This document shows positions 13,624-26,989 of a DNA stretch of 64,000 nt, piece by piece. Numbering within the stretch: position 1 is the first letter of the stretch; each line of letters begins with the position of its first letter. Source of the stretch: Elsinoe ampelina (Eukaryota); assembly GCA_010093995.1 (NCBI GenBank), contig ML992507.1, forward strand, positions 555,576 to 619,575, read 5' to 3'. Under the pieces are notes generated by a model. It had not been told where the DNA came from, made no database searches, and saw only the letters and a list, made by a program, of their open reading frames with translations. The position numbers and the translations under genes are program-made.

Positions 13624-14883
13624 ATGGAAGAACGATCAAATCAGAAACGACACGCTGCATGCGATGAGTGCCGTAGGTGAAGGAAGTGGTTTGTAATCAA
13701 ACATGATGCTGAAAGTTGCAGGGTCCAAAAAATTGAAGTGTACTGGAGAACAACCAGCATGCACGCGATGTCAGAAAAAGAGCTTGTCTTGCGTCTACGC
13801 GCTACAGAAGACTATGGGCCGACCCAGAAAGCGCAGACTCGTATCCGAAGAAGACAAGGGATCGGCTTCTGAGCCGGTCGTTGCCACTGCAGAAAGACCG
13901 GTCGACGAGGACAACGACAACGATGGGGACTGGTTCGAAGGCCGTGGGATATTTTCCCCTCTCATGCCAAATGTACGATCTCAGCCATGGCCGGCTCTCG
14001 ACGACGTTCCTGCAGCCTGCCGTATGCACCCAGAACATCCTCCATCAGTGCCTCCGACTACTGCAGTGCCCGAGTTGACGGAGAGGTAAGAGAGCGCATT
14101 GTCGACCATCGTAGGCTCGCCGCTGACCATCCCAGTTGCGATTCCGCATCCTCCACAAATGGCTCTGGGGCGACATCGCAGTCGATGACTTCAACACCTG
14201 CTGCAGACTTTAGCATGCCATCGCCCGCAGAGTCTGCGACTCCCACCACATGCGCCTGCCTATCGTCGATGTACCTCTCACTGTCAACTCTGCAGACCAT
14301 GAACGATTTCACATTTCCAGGATCGCTCCACAAGTTGAGACAGTCAATTAGCTGCGCTTGGAACGTCTTACATTGCCCACTCTGTCCCCTGACCTACTTG
14401 ACCGGCTTCCAGAACGTACAACTACTCGGTATGTTCACCGTCAGCGTCGCCGAAAGATACTCCAAAGTCCTCGCAGCCATCGACAAAGAAGCCGAAGACG
14501 CCATTGCAGAAGGTCGCACCAAAAGCTTCCGCATGGGCGATCTCCAGATGGGCACTTCGCATCTACATTCCTCCGATCCCAAATTGTGTATGGCTCATAT
14601 GTGCCTTGACCTCGATCCTCGTCAATGGCGTCAGCTAGTCCGCCGGGTAGTGAAAGGAGAAATTATGGGTACGGCCCAGCACTGTTGTCCGTCCTTTATG
14701 ACTTTGATCGACGGCATGATCACGCGGCAAGAGAATTGGCATAAGATTGGCCCGCCAGCAGACTATCCCCGACCGTTCACAGAGGAAGAGCTCGAGATGA
14801 TCAAGAACCCTAAAACGATGAAAGGATGCCTGACAATGGTCTTTGAAGCCAAGAAGATCATCGAGCATATGACGTTCGATTAA
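13624..14883 (+). CDS. Zn2Cys6 binuclear-cluster transcription factor (3 exons)
   Basis: MEERSNQKRHAACDECR / intron 13673-13721 / SKKLKCTGEQPACTRCQKKSLSCVY; second intron from ~14086; C-terminal CACLSSMYL...LHCPLCP segment. Confidence 0.9.
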
Positions 14884-14910
14884 GAATCACGCTTTCTTTG
14901 GCTCATGCAC

Positions 14911-16074
14911 TCAGGTCTTTCTGAGCTTGCTGAGTGCTGCAGCGACACCATCCTCGAGCTCATCGTCGGCAGCTCGCTTCCTGGCTTTTGTTGGTTCTGG
15001 TTGTGGTTTCGAAGTAGGCGCAAAGCTCATCCCGGCCATAGCTTCCTCCTCATCAGCCCCCGGCTCCCACGTCGGAAAGTCATCCGCTTGCCGCACATCT
15101 CGCCGTCTGTCCGTATCCGAAGTTGCATCGCCGGCAGTCCCCGAAGGACCGACCTCAATGGGCAATTCTTCGCCAATGCCCAACCTCGCAGCGACTTGTT
15201 TATCAACCTGGGTTGTGCCTCTGGACAAAGCTGGCGTTGTCTCATCACGTGTTGTGTCACGAGACAAGCCTGGCGTGATACCACTAGTCTCTCGTGCCAG
15301 ACCTCTGTGCTTGGCCTTCTTGTTGCGGAACGGCTCACGCACAGTCTTGTACCACCTCTGCACTTTCTTCTGGCCCCAGCCGCTGATGAGCTCGATTTCT
15401 TCAGGCCGAGCATTAACGGCGGTCCTGATGCTCCCGAACGTGGCGACGAGGCTTACAGCATCGGTCTTGTTGATGCCTCGAGGCACAGTAATGAAATCGA
15501 CAAGCTGGTCCGAGTACGTCGTCGACTGTATACCTTTAATACTGGTTGGCGCGGCATGTTCGTAGTTCTTATATAGCTCCAAGTATCTCCCAGCCTCTTG
15601 CGAGCTCCAAGATAGAATGAGAGTGACATTGTTGATCAGACTGGTCTTTGATAACTCCTTGAGAGGATCCTCGTGATTTTCAATGTCGACCAACGTAAGA
15701 ACAAGTCGGAGATTATAACGTCCTCCCAGGGCTTTGATGCGGGTATAGATGTATTCTGGATGCAGTCGATGATATTTCAGACTCAGGAACAACGCGCAAG
15801 TGGTGGCGCCAAGCACAAAGTCTGCCGGGATATCAGAATACTCCCATCCCACTGATTTGATGTGATTCAAGGCTGGGTTGCCCTTTTGACGAGGTGATAC
15901 CAGAATGACAGATGCGCTTGCACGAGGACCAAGGCTCTGAGGTTTCGGTTGTTGGACTGCTCTGCTCGAGGAGCCACTGGCGTTGCCGTTCTGGCGTGGT
16001 GGCGCTGCTGCTCGGGATCCAGTATCTAGCCCAGCCAGGTCTGCATCATCCACGATATCATCGTCCATGTTCAT
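14911..16074 (-). CDS. RAD10: Rad10/Ercc1/Swi10 DNA repair endonuclease subunit
   Basis: ILVSPRQKGNP...DFVLGATTCALFLSLKYHRLHPEYIY...WSSQEAGRYLE plus helix-hairpin-helix region INKTDA...GWGQKKV. Confidence 0.95.
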   Translation of the reverse strand: MNMDDDIVDDADLAGLDTGSRAAAPPRQNGNASGSSSRAVQQPKPQSLGPRASASVILVSPRQKGNPALNHIKSVGWEYSDIPADFVLGATTCALFLSLKYHRLHPEYIYTRIKALGGRYNLRLVLTLVDIENHEDPLKELSKTSLINNVTLILSWSSQEAGRYLELYKNYEHAAPTSIKGIQSTTYSDQLVDFITVPRGINKTDAVSLVATFGSIRTAVNARPEEIELISGWGQKKVQRWYKTVREPFRNKKAKHRGLARETSGITPGLSRDTTRDETTPALSRGTTQVDKQVAARLGIGEELPIEVGPSGTAGDATSDTDRRRDVRQADDFPTWEPGADEEEAMAGMSFAPTSKPQPEPTKARKRAADDELEDGVAAALSKLRKT

Positions 16075-16548
16075 TTGTGATTCATCTCACGCTTTACGCG
16101 TGCGTGCAACCTCAATCTCCCCTTAATGTCGCAGAGCCTCATACATCATCGAGCATGAGCGGATGAAGTCGAAACGCTTCCGAAAACGGAAGGCGAACGT
16201 CGTTCCCGCTGCCAAGAACCACCGAAGTGCACGGCAGGCGATCCCTCAAGCCGATTACCTTACCTCAATCTAACCCTGCCAACGACCACAACTATTCATC
16301 TTTCTCCACCACATCTTCACTTCTGACTCGGACCCAGCATTCTTTACGACCATTCCGACTGGATCAATTTCGCGCATCTCTGCACGAGGATTCACCGCTG
16401 GTCGCATATTTCCACCCACGTCTAGAACGGTCGCAATTCTTTGTCCGCTCCACACGCCCCTCTCGACTCGCCGTCCGCGCACGTCGGCGCTCTTTCAATC
16501 TGGATCACACATCAATCGCGAGCCCTTGAGGGCGGCGAGCACAGCAGT

Positions 16549-17914
16549 ATGGCTTCACCGGAACGATCGCCGAAGCGACAACGACTTTCACCACCTGGCG
16601 ATGATGGCCCGCACATTCCAGGAGCGACAGGGGCGGACTCAGCCTACGGATCGACCACTGCAAGCCAGGTGAACGGCATCACATCACAAAAGACAGCAGA
16701 TGCGCCTTCGATACCAGGCTTGTCGGTCACCATACCGGGCATCGGGGCGCAAAGCAGTGCGGAAAAGGGAGGTGCCGAGATAATAGCAGAAGGCTCTGAA
16801 CACAGACGGTCAGACCACGAGACGCGGGACACTGCGATCGATCTTACGAAAGACCTGCCCCTCCTCTGCCAAAAACGTATGCTGTGTCCTGACCTTTTGC
16901 TCAGAGCATGAATTAACCCGTTTAGCGCACCCACGGTCACGGCCTCACCCGACGCAAGATCTCATATCACTCTACGGGCTTTCTACACTTGCCGCGACTG
17001 TCGCACGCCGCGATCCTGTCAGCGGTGCCAAGATCAATAAGCTACGGAAATCATACGAAGGCAAAGTCAAGAAGCAAGATCTGCCGGGTCGCAACAAGCC
17101 CACGCACATCGACGGCGAATTGATGGGCTTCCTCGAGTGGCCGGACGAGGGCTGGTACGATCAAAGAGTGTATGGTCGCGAACTCGAGAACGCCAATGAT
17201 CCTGTAAAGGGTCGGCTGTGGAGGGACGACGGCGAAAATCCAGGCGGAAAAGGCAAAGTCGAACGAGCCGTCACATTGGCCGTAGGACGACTACCAAAAG
17301 AAGAGGACGACAAGTGGCGAGCGGCTTTGGCACTGGACGAGCCTGTTGCAGCGAAAGCTCCGGTCAAGACGCCACAACCTCCAAACGGAATGCTGAAACC
17401 AAATCTACTCAACACCGGTGTGAGGGCTAGTGCTCCGGCAAGTCCGATGAATCGATCTGCGACGGACAGGCCGGATAGGTCGGGGAAGAAGAGGCGGTAT
17501 GATGATGCGAGTTTTGAGGGATATGAAGGAAGCTGGAATGAAGAGGGAGGCTACATGAGTTCTGACTCGAGGGGGCAAAAGGGGAAGCGGAGAAGGGTAG
17601 GTTTTCTCTGATTTTTGATTCAATGATACCCATATTGCGATCCTTGGAGCTCGAGGGGTGGGGGCATTGTGACATGTCGGTGAATCACCACATGCGTATC
17701 ATGCCGCAAAGCTGGTCTCGCAATTTCCACTGTTCTGGCCGCTTCTTATCGCTATTGTCCTACTAAGCCTACGGCCATCCGCATTGACAGCTACTAATGC
17801 ACTCAGGAGTTTGACCATCCATCATCCACTCCCCAGTCTGCCGGCCCCTCAGACAACCATGGCCACTTCAACTCTGCTTCCGGCAGCAAGATCGTAGGCG
17901 TACGATCCTCCTAG
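16549..17914 (+). CDS. MED19: Mediator subunit Med19/Rox3 (3 exons)
   Basis: Spliced frame gives HPTQDLISLYGLSTLAATVARRDPVSGAKINKLRKSYEGKVK; introns from ~16878 and 17597-17806; stop TAG at 17912-17914. Confidence 0.85.
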
Positions 17915-18402
17915 TCCGAGCGCAGCCAGAGCAGCACTTCTACCATCATCACCCCCACCAGCTCTCCCGTGTGCCGAAAAAGTACTCGGCAAAGGAAGAA
18001 GACGGTCCACTTCTCACCAGACCCATCTTAAACCACCTCCCTATCTCATGACGATTCACGTGTACAAAATAGAATACCAGGACCGGTTTCGGCGGCGTTT
18101 GTTTCCTTCCCTACTATACCGCAGATGCAGCGTTGTGGTTTTGCTGATTCATATCGGTTCAGCACTTGTTTGCTTGTCAAGCTTTTGATGGTCTGGAACG
18201 ACCTGGAAGGGAAGTGTCTTGTAATGACTATATCACACAGGAAAAGGGGACTGGCATACAGTCGAGTTGGATACCCGTGATGAGGAATTGATTATTTCTT
18301 GAACATTCTTCTTGTTCGGATTCGTGGTCATGAACCTCGTGATTCGTGTCCGGGACGGTACTGCCCTCGTACGGCAGAGATGATGCCTTCCAGCAAGGGC
18401 GC

Positions 18403-18521
18403 CTAGCACTCGGACGAGCCCATGCGTGGAGCAAGTTGGTCGCGCTCTGACTGACCCCTTCCTTCATCTTCCCCCTCTCCCCACCAATGACCTCCTCCAT
18501 CATTCCCACCACCCCCCAACA

Positions 18522-18600
<79 letters not shown>

Positions 18601-19821
18601 CATCCTCTCCACCTTCCCCTTGATATCACCCTCATGCACCCTCCTCCCCGTCGCATCATGGAACCCACTCGCCAATCGCTCCCATTTCCCCTCTTGGTCG
18701 TCGTCGTCGTCGTCGTCGCCGAGGAGCTCCCAGAGTTGGTTCAGCTCCGAGTGGGAGAAGAAACCTGCGTCTTCGGAGAGGAGGGCTGCGTAGGCTTTGA
18801 GTGTGAGGAGGGGTTCAGCCGCCTTTGAAGCTAAAGGGGAGGGGTTCGGGGCGGAGGGCTGGGGAGCGGGAGGGTTGGGTTCGGTGGGCTGGGGAGCGGA
18901 GGGCTGGGGTTGGTTGGGTTGGGCTGCGCCGCTGGACTGCTGGTGCTCGGTGGACTTCTTCTCGGCGTTGACGGAGGGTTTGTTGGAGTCTTTGGTGTTG
19001 TTGTTCTGGGCGTTGGTTGTGGCGGGGTTGATGTCTTTCCAGCGAGCTGTGAGGGATGCTCTGGGTTTGGACATTTCGGTGGCAATGTCTTTCCATGGTG
19101 TTTTGGCGGTTTTGAGCTCGATGAGTTTGGCGTCTTGCTCGGGAGTCCAGGTGTCGGCGTCGTTGTTGTTGGGGGCTTCGGCTTTCTTCTCGTCGGTGGG
19201 CTTCTGGTCGGCTTTGCCTTGATTCTCTTTTGATTTGTCGCCGTCGTCTTTTCCCTTATCCCCTATCCCGGCCTTTGCAGGGTCGATCTCCTTCCAGCGA
19301 GCAGTGAGAGCCCATTTAGGCTTTCCCAATTCTTCGCTGATGTCCTTCCATGTCTTCTTTTCAGTCTTCATCTCAATCAGCTTTGCATCCTGCTCGGGAG
19401 TCCAATTGTCTTCGGTCTTGTCTGCATCGTCTTTGGGTGCTGTGTTATCTTTCTTGTTCTTCTCCGTGTCGGCTTTGGCCTTGGCTGAATTCCTTGGCTC
19501 GTCTTTCTTCCCGGGTGAGGATGAGCGGTGCTTTGCGTGCTTCTTCTTGTCGGAGTCTTCTTTCTTCTTATCCTTGGGTGGCTTTGCCGAAGGATCAGCA
19601 GCAACGTCCGCTTCGGTGTGTCCTGCTTTGGCGGCCAGGGTTCGCGGGTTGAGCGGACGTCCATCTTTAGACTGAATGAGGTAGAGTTTCGAGTCGGGCT
19701 TGTTCGTGTACGGAGTAGGAGATACCAGCAAGTCGGCAAGCATGGCGCGCTTGTCCTTGTCCCTGTGTTTGTTGTGGGGTGCAGCCCGTGCAAGGCGGAT
19801 AGCCTTGATATATGATGCCAT
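18403..19821 (-). CDS. Myb/SANT-like repeat protein (two WTPEQDAKL...WKDI...RWK repeats); 5' start and poly-G 3' end uncertain
   Basis: Two internal repeats with the three-Trp spacing of Myb domains; C-terminal KWERLASGFHDATGRRV segment. Confidence 0.75.
18524..18598. repeat. 75-nt poly-C (poly-G on the coding strand)
   Basis: Direct reading. Confidence 0.95.
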
Positions 19822-20595
19822 TGTGTAGCTAGCAACGTCGACAAGGTGGAGAGGCTTTCCAAACTCGTCGAACAGCTACATATGTCGCATTCTTATCATA
19901 CGTAGGATGATCCTATCCTCATGCGGTAAGAGTTCTTCGAGGGTGAGTAAGACGCAGTCAACAAGGAAGCAGCAGAGAACTATGAGGACGTTGACCAGCA
20001 ACAGCAGAAATATCAGTATGAGCTGGGTGGGACTGCCTATGCGGTGGTGAATGATGAACGTTTTTGGCATGTTGATTGTGGTGCTAACAAGTTGAGGTTA
20101 GAGAATGAAGTGGAAGGAGATGCTATATGCCGTGTGAATTTCACATGCGTCTTACCACGTCATATGCGAAAGTGAGATGTGAAAAGTGAAAAGTGAGGCT
20201 TCCTCACATATCCCAGGCAGATCTCTGGATCACTGTCACACAAGCTGTGCTGGCATACAATGGTGGGTCATGGCTAAAGGGCTAATGGCAGGAAGAGCGT
20301 ATTTTCAAGGCGTGTATGCGACCTTAGGACATACGCGGACTCAACCAGAGAGATATGCAGCTTCATCAGGTATCGATTGAACATCTCGTGTTGGATGGCA
20401 GAGAATGATGCATTATGTACGGAGCAAAGTGCTTAGTCGAAGAAACGAGGTGCGAGCTTGAATGCCCTCTTGGTCTTGGCATTTCTGGCGGACAGCTGTC
20501 CAGCAATTTTGGCCGGGCTCCTGAACCTCATCAGTCAAACAACCACTACTTCCTGCCATTCGGCTCCTCCTCACGTCAATCGCATCGCTACCATC

Positions 20596-21358
20596 ATGGC
20601 CGTCCTTCAGCTACTCATCACGGCCTTGCTTGGCCTGGCTTCAATGGCCAGCGCTCACAACATCGCGCTCAAGGCTCATACTAAGGAGTGCTTCCATGAG
20701 CAGCTCCACCACGATGACAAGATGACGGTTCGAGGCACAAAGAATGGCTCTCGAGGTATGGTTGCTGATGGTTGCAGGTCACATTCCAGGTCGGTGATCG
20801 GGAATTCGGTGGTGCTGGAAACCTCGACATTGATTTCTATGTACGTTCTACCAGTCTCAAGAGTCGCGTGATTGCCAGACTGACAATCGCAAGGTAACCA
20901 AGCCTGACGGAAACAACATTGTGCATCAACCGGGTGTAAGCTCTGGCGATCATTCCTTCACCGCACCAATGGACGGCAAATACACATACTGCTTCAGCAA
21001 CGAGTACTGGTCCGCAAACAGCAAGGAGGTCTCATTCAACGTGCACGGAATAGTCTACATCCCCGAGTCGGAAGCCCCACAAGAACCAATCGAGAAGGAA
21101 GTTAAGCAGATGCAAGAACTACTCGAACAGGTCAAGGACGAGCAAGGGTACATTGTGGTCAGGGAGAGGACACACAGGAACACGGCTGAGAGCACAAACG
21201 CCCGAGTGAAGTGGTGGAGCATCTTCCAGCTTGGTGTCCTCATAGGAGAGGGCGTCTTCCAGGTATGGTGGCTGAAGAGATTCTTCGAGGTAAGTCTTGA
21301 TCCATGACGATTGATGTGATTGGTACTAAATGTGTGCTAGGTCAAGCGCGTAGTATAA
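20596..21358 (+). CDS. EMP24: p24/GOLD family cargo receptor Emp24 (4 exons)
   Basis: Signal peptide; KECFHE...GKYTYCFSNE; RERTHRNTAESTNARVKWWS; C-terminal LKRFFEVKRVV after the last intron. Confidence 0.93.
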
Positions 21359-22317
21359 ATAACCCAGAATGGAAGAAATCAGTTGACCGACCACGAGGAG
21401 AGCCAGATCTAGTCTTGCGGACAAATAAAGATCAGTGAACACCAGGGAGCTCAATGGGGAGTGAAGTGGGAGAATCCGCTATTGATGATCAGTGGGTTCC
21501 AGAACACATGCGCCACGATGTTTTAGTCCGGACATCCCTGATCACACCTGGGGATGGTCCAACAGCTCTCCGGAAACTGCATCTGGATCTGGAAGGGAGA
21601 CCAGGAATGCGTCCCGCAACACTTTGACAGCTGCAGCATGAGTCGCTCCGATGGCTGATCAGACGTCCTTTGCAGAACATGGTGATTGAGGATGCGATGT
21701 TAATTGCGCTCATCCGCATGAATGCCTGTCAGATATAGTGACTTATCTACCCGATTGCCCACTAGATGTTGGCTCTGAAGTGCGTGTTTACAGTGCCCAA
21801 TTTCTCATTGGACCTTCATCGAAATGGCGGGTGCATGAGGCTCTGCAGGTCGGAATATGACAGTATGAGGCGGGAAAGGCAATCAATCCTTCTTAACCAA
21901 ACTCTCGAATCATGGAGCTTCAAATTGGCACGCTATGATTGTCGAAAGCATGTTGATAAGGGTCCATTTCTGCACGTTTGGAGACGAGTTGCAGAAGCAC
22001 GTGCTCTCTTTCCATCAAAAGTGGTGGATTGGAGGGGATGTGGAAATGAGCCAATCACAAGCTTCACCTTTGCCCTCGTGCTCGCATTTCTCTCTTTCGT
22101 CTCACAACAGATCCATTGATCGCGTGCCCGTTGGTTGTCCGTCGATTCACGAGAATCCAAAGGTAGGTAGGTCGGCCTCGTTCATTATGCATACGACTCC
22201 CAGATATTCCTGTCGCTCTTGTCAATTCCTGTCATTGCCACGTCTCCAGCTGGTTAGGCTATACCGCACATCTCCATCGCCCAGACAAGATTGTCGTCAC
22301 ACGACAGTGTAGCTCTG

Positions 22318-23675
22318 ATGCCAACCACCACTCTGCCCCCCACTCCGGCCGCATCCCTCGACATTACAGGTAAGACGTCAGCCAACCGTACGCCTTCGAT
22401 ATCCCTTGGCCCAGCTGCGGTCCACGATGGCATCAGTGACAGAAGCGTCTCTGCGACACCATCAGTGAACGGGTCCGAGTCCTCATATCACCCTGCCTCT
22501 CCCGTCTCGCCTAACACTACCAAACGGAAACAGCCACCGCCACAGCAAAAAGAAAAGTCAACTGATGGATACAATCTCCCTCCACCGCCTTCGAGGTCAA
22601 GGAAGATCATCCAGATGAAGCCAAGGCAAGACTCCACCCATGATCAACAGCAGTCGAATTCGACTGCTGCTGAACCTGCCACCACGACAAAGGGTGGGCG
22701 TAAGCGCGGGGCCCATAATGGTACAACAGCTGCAGGGAGGAAAATAGCTCGCAAGACAGCACACAGTCTCATTGAGCGAAGACGGAGGAGTAAGATGAAT
22801 GAAGAATTCGGAGTTTTGAAGGACATGATCCCTGCATGTCAAGGACAAGAAATGCACAAGTTGGCAATTCTGCAGGTATGTTTGTTACTCAGGCACACTT
22901 GCGTCTCTGATCATCACAGGCCAGTATAGATTACCTTCGCTACCTTGAAACGTGTATTTCGGATCTAAAGGCGAATCGAAAGTCGACCGCCTCACCGCCC
23001 GTCATAAGACATCCGGACGCCATGGACGAAGATCCCACATCGCCAGCTGCTACCTCGCCTTCCTCGTCATTCCCGCCTTCAGCGCAAACGACACGCCCAC
23101 CCACATCACAGTCCACTCGAAACCCGTACTCTCCGAATCAGCTCCCACCTTTGTCACATATGACTACAGCCTCCTCAGCATCATCACCAAACTTTACTCC
23201 CATCGATCCGACACCACGAGCTCGACAATTCTCTCTCTCGACAAACTCGTCCGCCAATTTCTCACCATACATCCTCCTACAGTCGACTTCAACAAGTCCG
23301 GTCTTCTCCCCTCAGCACAAGTCAAGTCTGTCAAATATAGCCGGCGATGCGATGCAGCGATTCAGTCTCACATCACCTGCGCTAGATCCGCATGATAGAC
23401 GGCACGAGATGAGACCTGTCAGCCAGCTTGGTACGACCGCATACGTCAACCCAAACGTCCCTGCGCCAGTCAAGACAGAACGATCGGACAGGGAGGCAAT
23501 GGCTGCACTGTTGATGCTAAACAGCGATCGCAGATCGACAACGACGACGAGCGGGTGGAGAGATGGAGCAAGTGCCCCGACCTCGACGGTTGGAGTAGAG
23601 GATGTAAGCAGGCATCAGAGTAGGGATCGGAAACGAGGCAGCGCGATGAGTGTCAAGGATCTGTTGAGCTCGTGA
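22318..23675 (+). CDS. bHLH transcription factor (2 exons)
   Basis: KIARKTAHSLIERRRRSKMNEEFGVLKDMIP...HKLAILQ / intron ~22876-22919 / ASIDYLRYLE; ends MSVKDLLSS. Confidence 0.9.
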
Positions 23676-23793
23676 CGATGATCATGATGGGTCAGGAGGG
23701 ACGATGGGAGCGAGATTATAGATATGGACTCCATGATTATATCTTCTGCAAAAGTATCCCCAGTCGTTCTTAGAAGCAAACTACTTTCCTCAC

Positions 23794-24348
23794 TCATTGC
23801 GACGTCCCACCAGTCCATCCTCCCCAAATTAAGCTTCCTACAAAAGCACCGCCAAGTACAGACAAGAAGTAGCCAAGATTCATGGTCATGACCGCAATCA
23901 TTCTATTGGAATGTCAGTTGGTGCGAATCAACTTGTAGTCGTTCTTCACGTACAGGAGATATCCCACCCCGGCCAACGTCGTGTCCAAAATTGCCCTCGC
24001 GAGAGCTTCGTTGACATTCCAGGGTCGTCTCGCACCGTTCTTCAACGCCAATTCATCCATTTCCCTGTACAAGATTGGTATGTCCTTGTACCTGCTGTAG
24101 CGGATCCAGAGAAGAGAGAAGCTGCATCGCACAGCCACCAAAGCTCGAAACGACATGGACAGGACGATCAAGAAGATGCATGTCCCAGCGTACTGGCCGA
24201 CAGTCTGTGGCGTCCATGCCGATGAGTAGAGAGGCGTACTGGACGACGTGAAGAAGACCATGGCCATCTCCGACATGCCCATCATGGAGCTCGACATGTC
24301 ATGGCCGCTCGAGACTGTCATGTTCATGTTCATGCTCATATCCATCAT
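23794..24348 (-). CDS. Ctr-family high-affinity copper transporter (2 exons)
   Basis: Met-rich N-terminus MMDMSMNMNM...MMGMSEMAM; TPLYSSAWTP; spliced GYLLMIAVMTMNLGYF (MxxxM) followed by the TM3 Gly motif. Confidence 0.92.
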
Positions 24349-24533
24349 GCTGACCGGGTAGGTTGTAGTCGTTGATGGCGTACTACCAGAATCGACGCAA
24401 TATCCCACGCAACAACAATATGATTGTATCGAAAAACAGGCATCTAGTTCATCTTGACAGTCTCTATGGTCCTAAACATCAATTTCATCGTCTTCCGGCC
24501 CCGTGACGGCAGTCCGGCAGAGACGTGCAGAAC

Positions 24534-24550
24534 GAGCGCAAACTTGCTCA
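24534..24550. promoter_or_regulatory. Candidate Mac1-type copper response element(s) in the Ctr/FRE bidirectional promoter
   Basis: GAGCGCAAACTTGCTCA: TTGCTCA on plus and TTTGCGC on minus, both near-matches to the yeast CuRE TTTGC(T/G)C(A/G). Confidence 0.4.
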
Positions 24551-24752
24551 CTCCACACCCAAAGAGGACGTTTCGACATGTGGCTTCCGAACGACACAGA
24601 AACGCATCACTATTGGTGGGTCTCGTTGTGAAACAGCAAGATGCGAATAAGCAGCTCTTTGACGTTATCTACTGGTCGTGACCCTCTACGCAGGGTCTGT
24701 CAGATTCACTTCACTCCGAGATCCTCGACCTGCTTAGCAGCCACTTGACAAA

Positions 24753-26735
24753 ATGGACGGCATGGAAATGACCGGGACGCCATGGTTCATGGGACCTGTT
24801 CAGCTTCATGCTTATCGTGAATTCGAATGTAGCCAAAATACTACAGAGGAGTGCGATTACTACCAGGGGTACTGGCATTTCTGGTGAGCATGCTCGACAC
24901 CATCCTCGACCAAGACAGTCAACGAGCTAACGTGCAATACAGGTATGAATCGGACCATAGATTCGCACTGCCTACCGTAGCATTCTTTACGGCGACCATT
25001 CTGCTCTTTGCCTTGGCAGCGACATTCCACCTAGTGGCTCCACGAAAACTCCTTCAAGCATCACTCATCCGAGAGGTCACCTACCTGAGTCGGTTCGTCA
25101 GCTATCGTAGCTATCGACTGTCTGGTCTGAACTGGAACTCTGCACCTCTGGGAGTCCTTGTACTCGGAGTCATTGGTGTCTTGTACTTCGGTCTCATGAC
25201 ACTCGTCCCTCAACCATACTACTGGCCGGACAGCACGACGTTGAACTACTGGGGAGGATCACCACCATTAGCAACTCGATCAGGCTGGCTGTCCCTAGGA
25301 TGCATGCCCTTTGTCTTCCTTACGGCAGGAAAGACGAATTGGATTGGCGCCATAACTGGTGTACCGCACGAACGTCTACAGGTCTTTCATCGCTGGATAT
25401 CGTATGCGTTCTTCGTAACTGCACTAATACACACCTTCCCCTTCATCGTCTACAACATCAAGACAGCCCAGATGGAGATGCAGTGGAGGACGAATATGTG
25501 TTACTGGACCGGAGTAATAGCCATCATAGCGCAGGGATGGCTTACGTTCGCGTCCATGGGACCTCTACGGTAGGACGCCTGCTACACATAAACTTTCAGG
25601 ACTGATTATGTGCAGAAACATGAGTTACGAGTGGTTCAAGTTCTCCCACTATGTCGCGGGCTTGGTCTTCATGGTCTTTCTCTTCTTACACTGCGCTTAC
25701 ACGCTGTCATCATGGGACTACTTCATCGTGACCGGAGTATTCTTCTCTCTATCTTGGCTCTACAGATACGCTCGAGTATACTTCGAGCACGGCCTAAACA
25801 ACCACGCCACCCTCAGCATGACATCGAACGGCTTCATTCGAGTCAGCGTCCAAACCAAAGCAAGATGGCACGTGGATCAACACTTCTTTGTCCGCTTCCG
25901 TACCCCCGACACCCACGCTCTGACCGTCCATCCATTCACCGCCTGCTCCCTCCCCTCCCAAGACAGCTCCACCTCCGAGCTCGTCTTCCTCATCCGACCC
26001 CGAGGCGGCCTCACCTGCTCCCTCGCCAAGCGCGCTCTCGCCTCCCCCAACACCAAGATCCGTGTTTCCCTCGACGGTCCCTACGGTGGCATCCCCACCC
26101 GCACCCTCCGCGACAGCCAACACCAACTCATCATAGCAGGCGGCTCGGGCGTAGGCTGGGTCCTCCCCCTCCTCCAAGCTTTCATCCGTCAGAAAGAGCT
26201 CGACCAGGAAAAGCCCGGCACGGACTCGCGGACGATGAAGATTATCCTGGCGACCCGGGAGAAGGGTACAGGGGAGTGGTTCGGGCAGGCCATCACAGAG
26301 TCCCTCGCTGAAGCCGGCGACCCGGATCTCTCTCCCTGTCTAGAAGTGGAGGTGCACGCCACAGGCTCCGCATCCTCGGACTCCCCTTCATCCCCTCCGT
26401 CAAATGCTCACCCCGCCTCATCATCCTCGACGGAGAAACTCCCCGCCCAAAGCACCTCCACGTCCACCAACTCCTCCTCAGCTGACTCCTCCTCGTCCTC
26501 CACCCGCACTTCCCTGTTCACCATCAAACACCTCCCCAGCCGGCCCGACCTCCCCTCCATCGTAGCGCGAGAAGCCGATCGCCACGGCGCACAAGGACAC
26601 CTGGACGTCTTCGTATGCGGCCCGTTGAGCATGCAGTACGACGTGGGGAATGCGGTGGCGGAGGTCCAGCTGGACGCGTTGAGGGGGAGAAGGAGAGAGG
26701 TGAGATTATACATGGAGCACTTTTCTTGGGCTTGA
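24753..26735 (+). CDS. Ferric/cupric reductase (FRE family, 3 exons)
   Basis: Heme His motifs (QVFHRW, ALIHT, KFSHY, FLHC); FAD motif HPFT; DGPYGG; AGGSG; VCGP; ends EHFSWA. Confidence 0.93.
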
Positions 26736-26989
26736 GAAGGCATGGGTGCAATGGATGGGGGGATGAAGGGATGAATGAATGAATGATTGTCATGACTACG
26801 TCCGTGTGGATTCTCTGTGAGCAATATGTGAGTAGCAGTGACGGGGAGATCAACTTGTGTTGGGAGGGGATTGCTGGTGGGGTTTGCGAGGGTTGAGGTG
26901 AGTGGCGGGTGCTCATATTGGTATGGAAGTCAAGAGGATACGTGATAGAGCTGCGGCTCTTGGAGGCTTTGTTGGCAATTACCAAGGGC

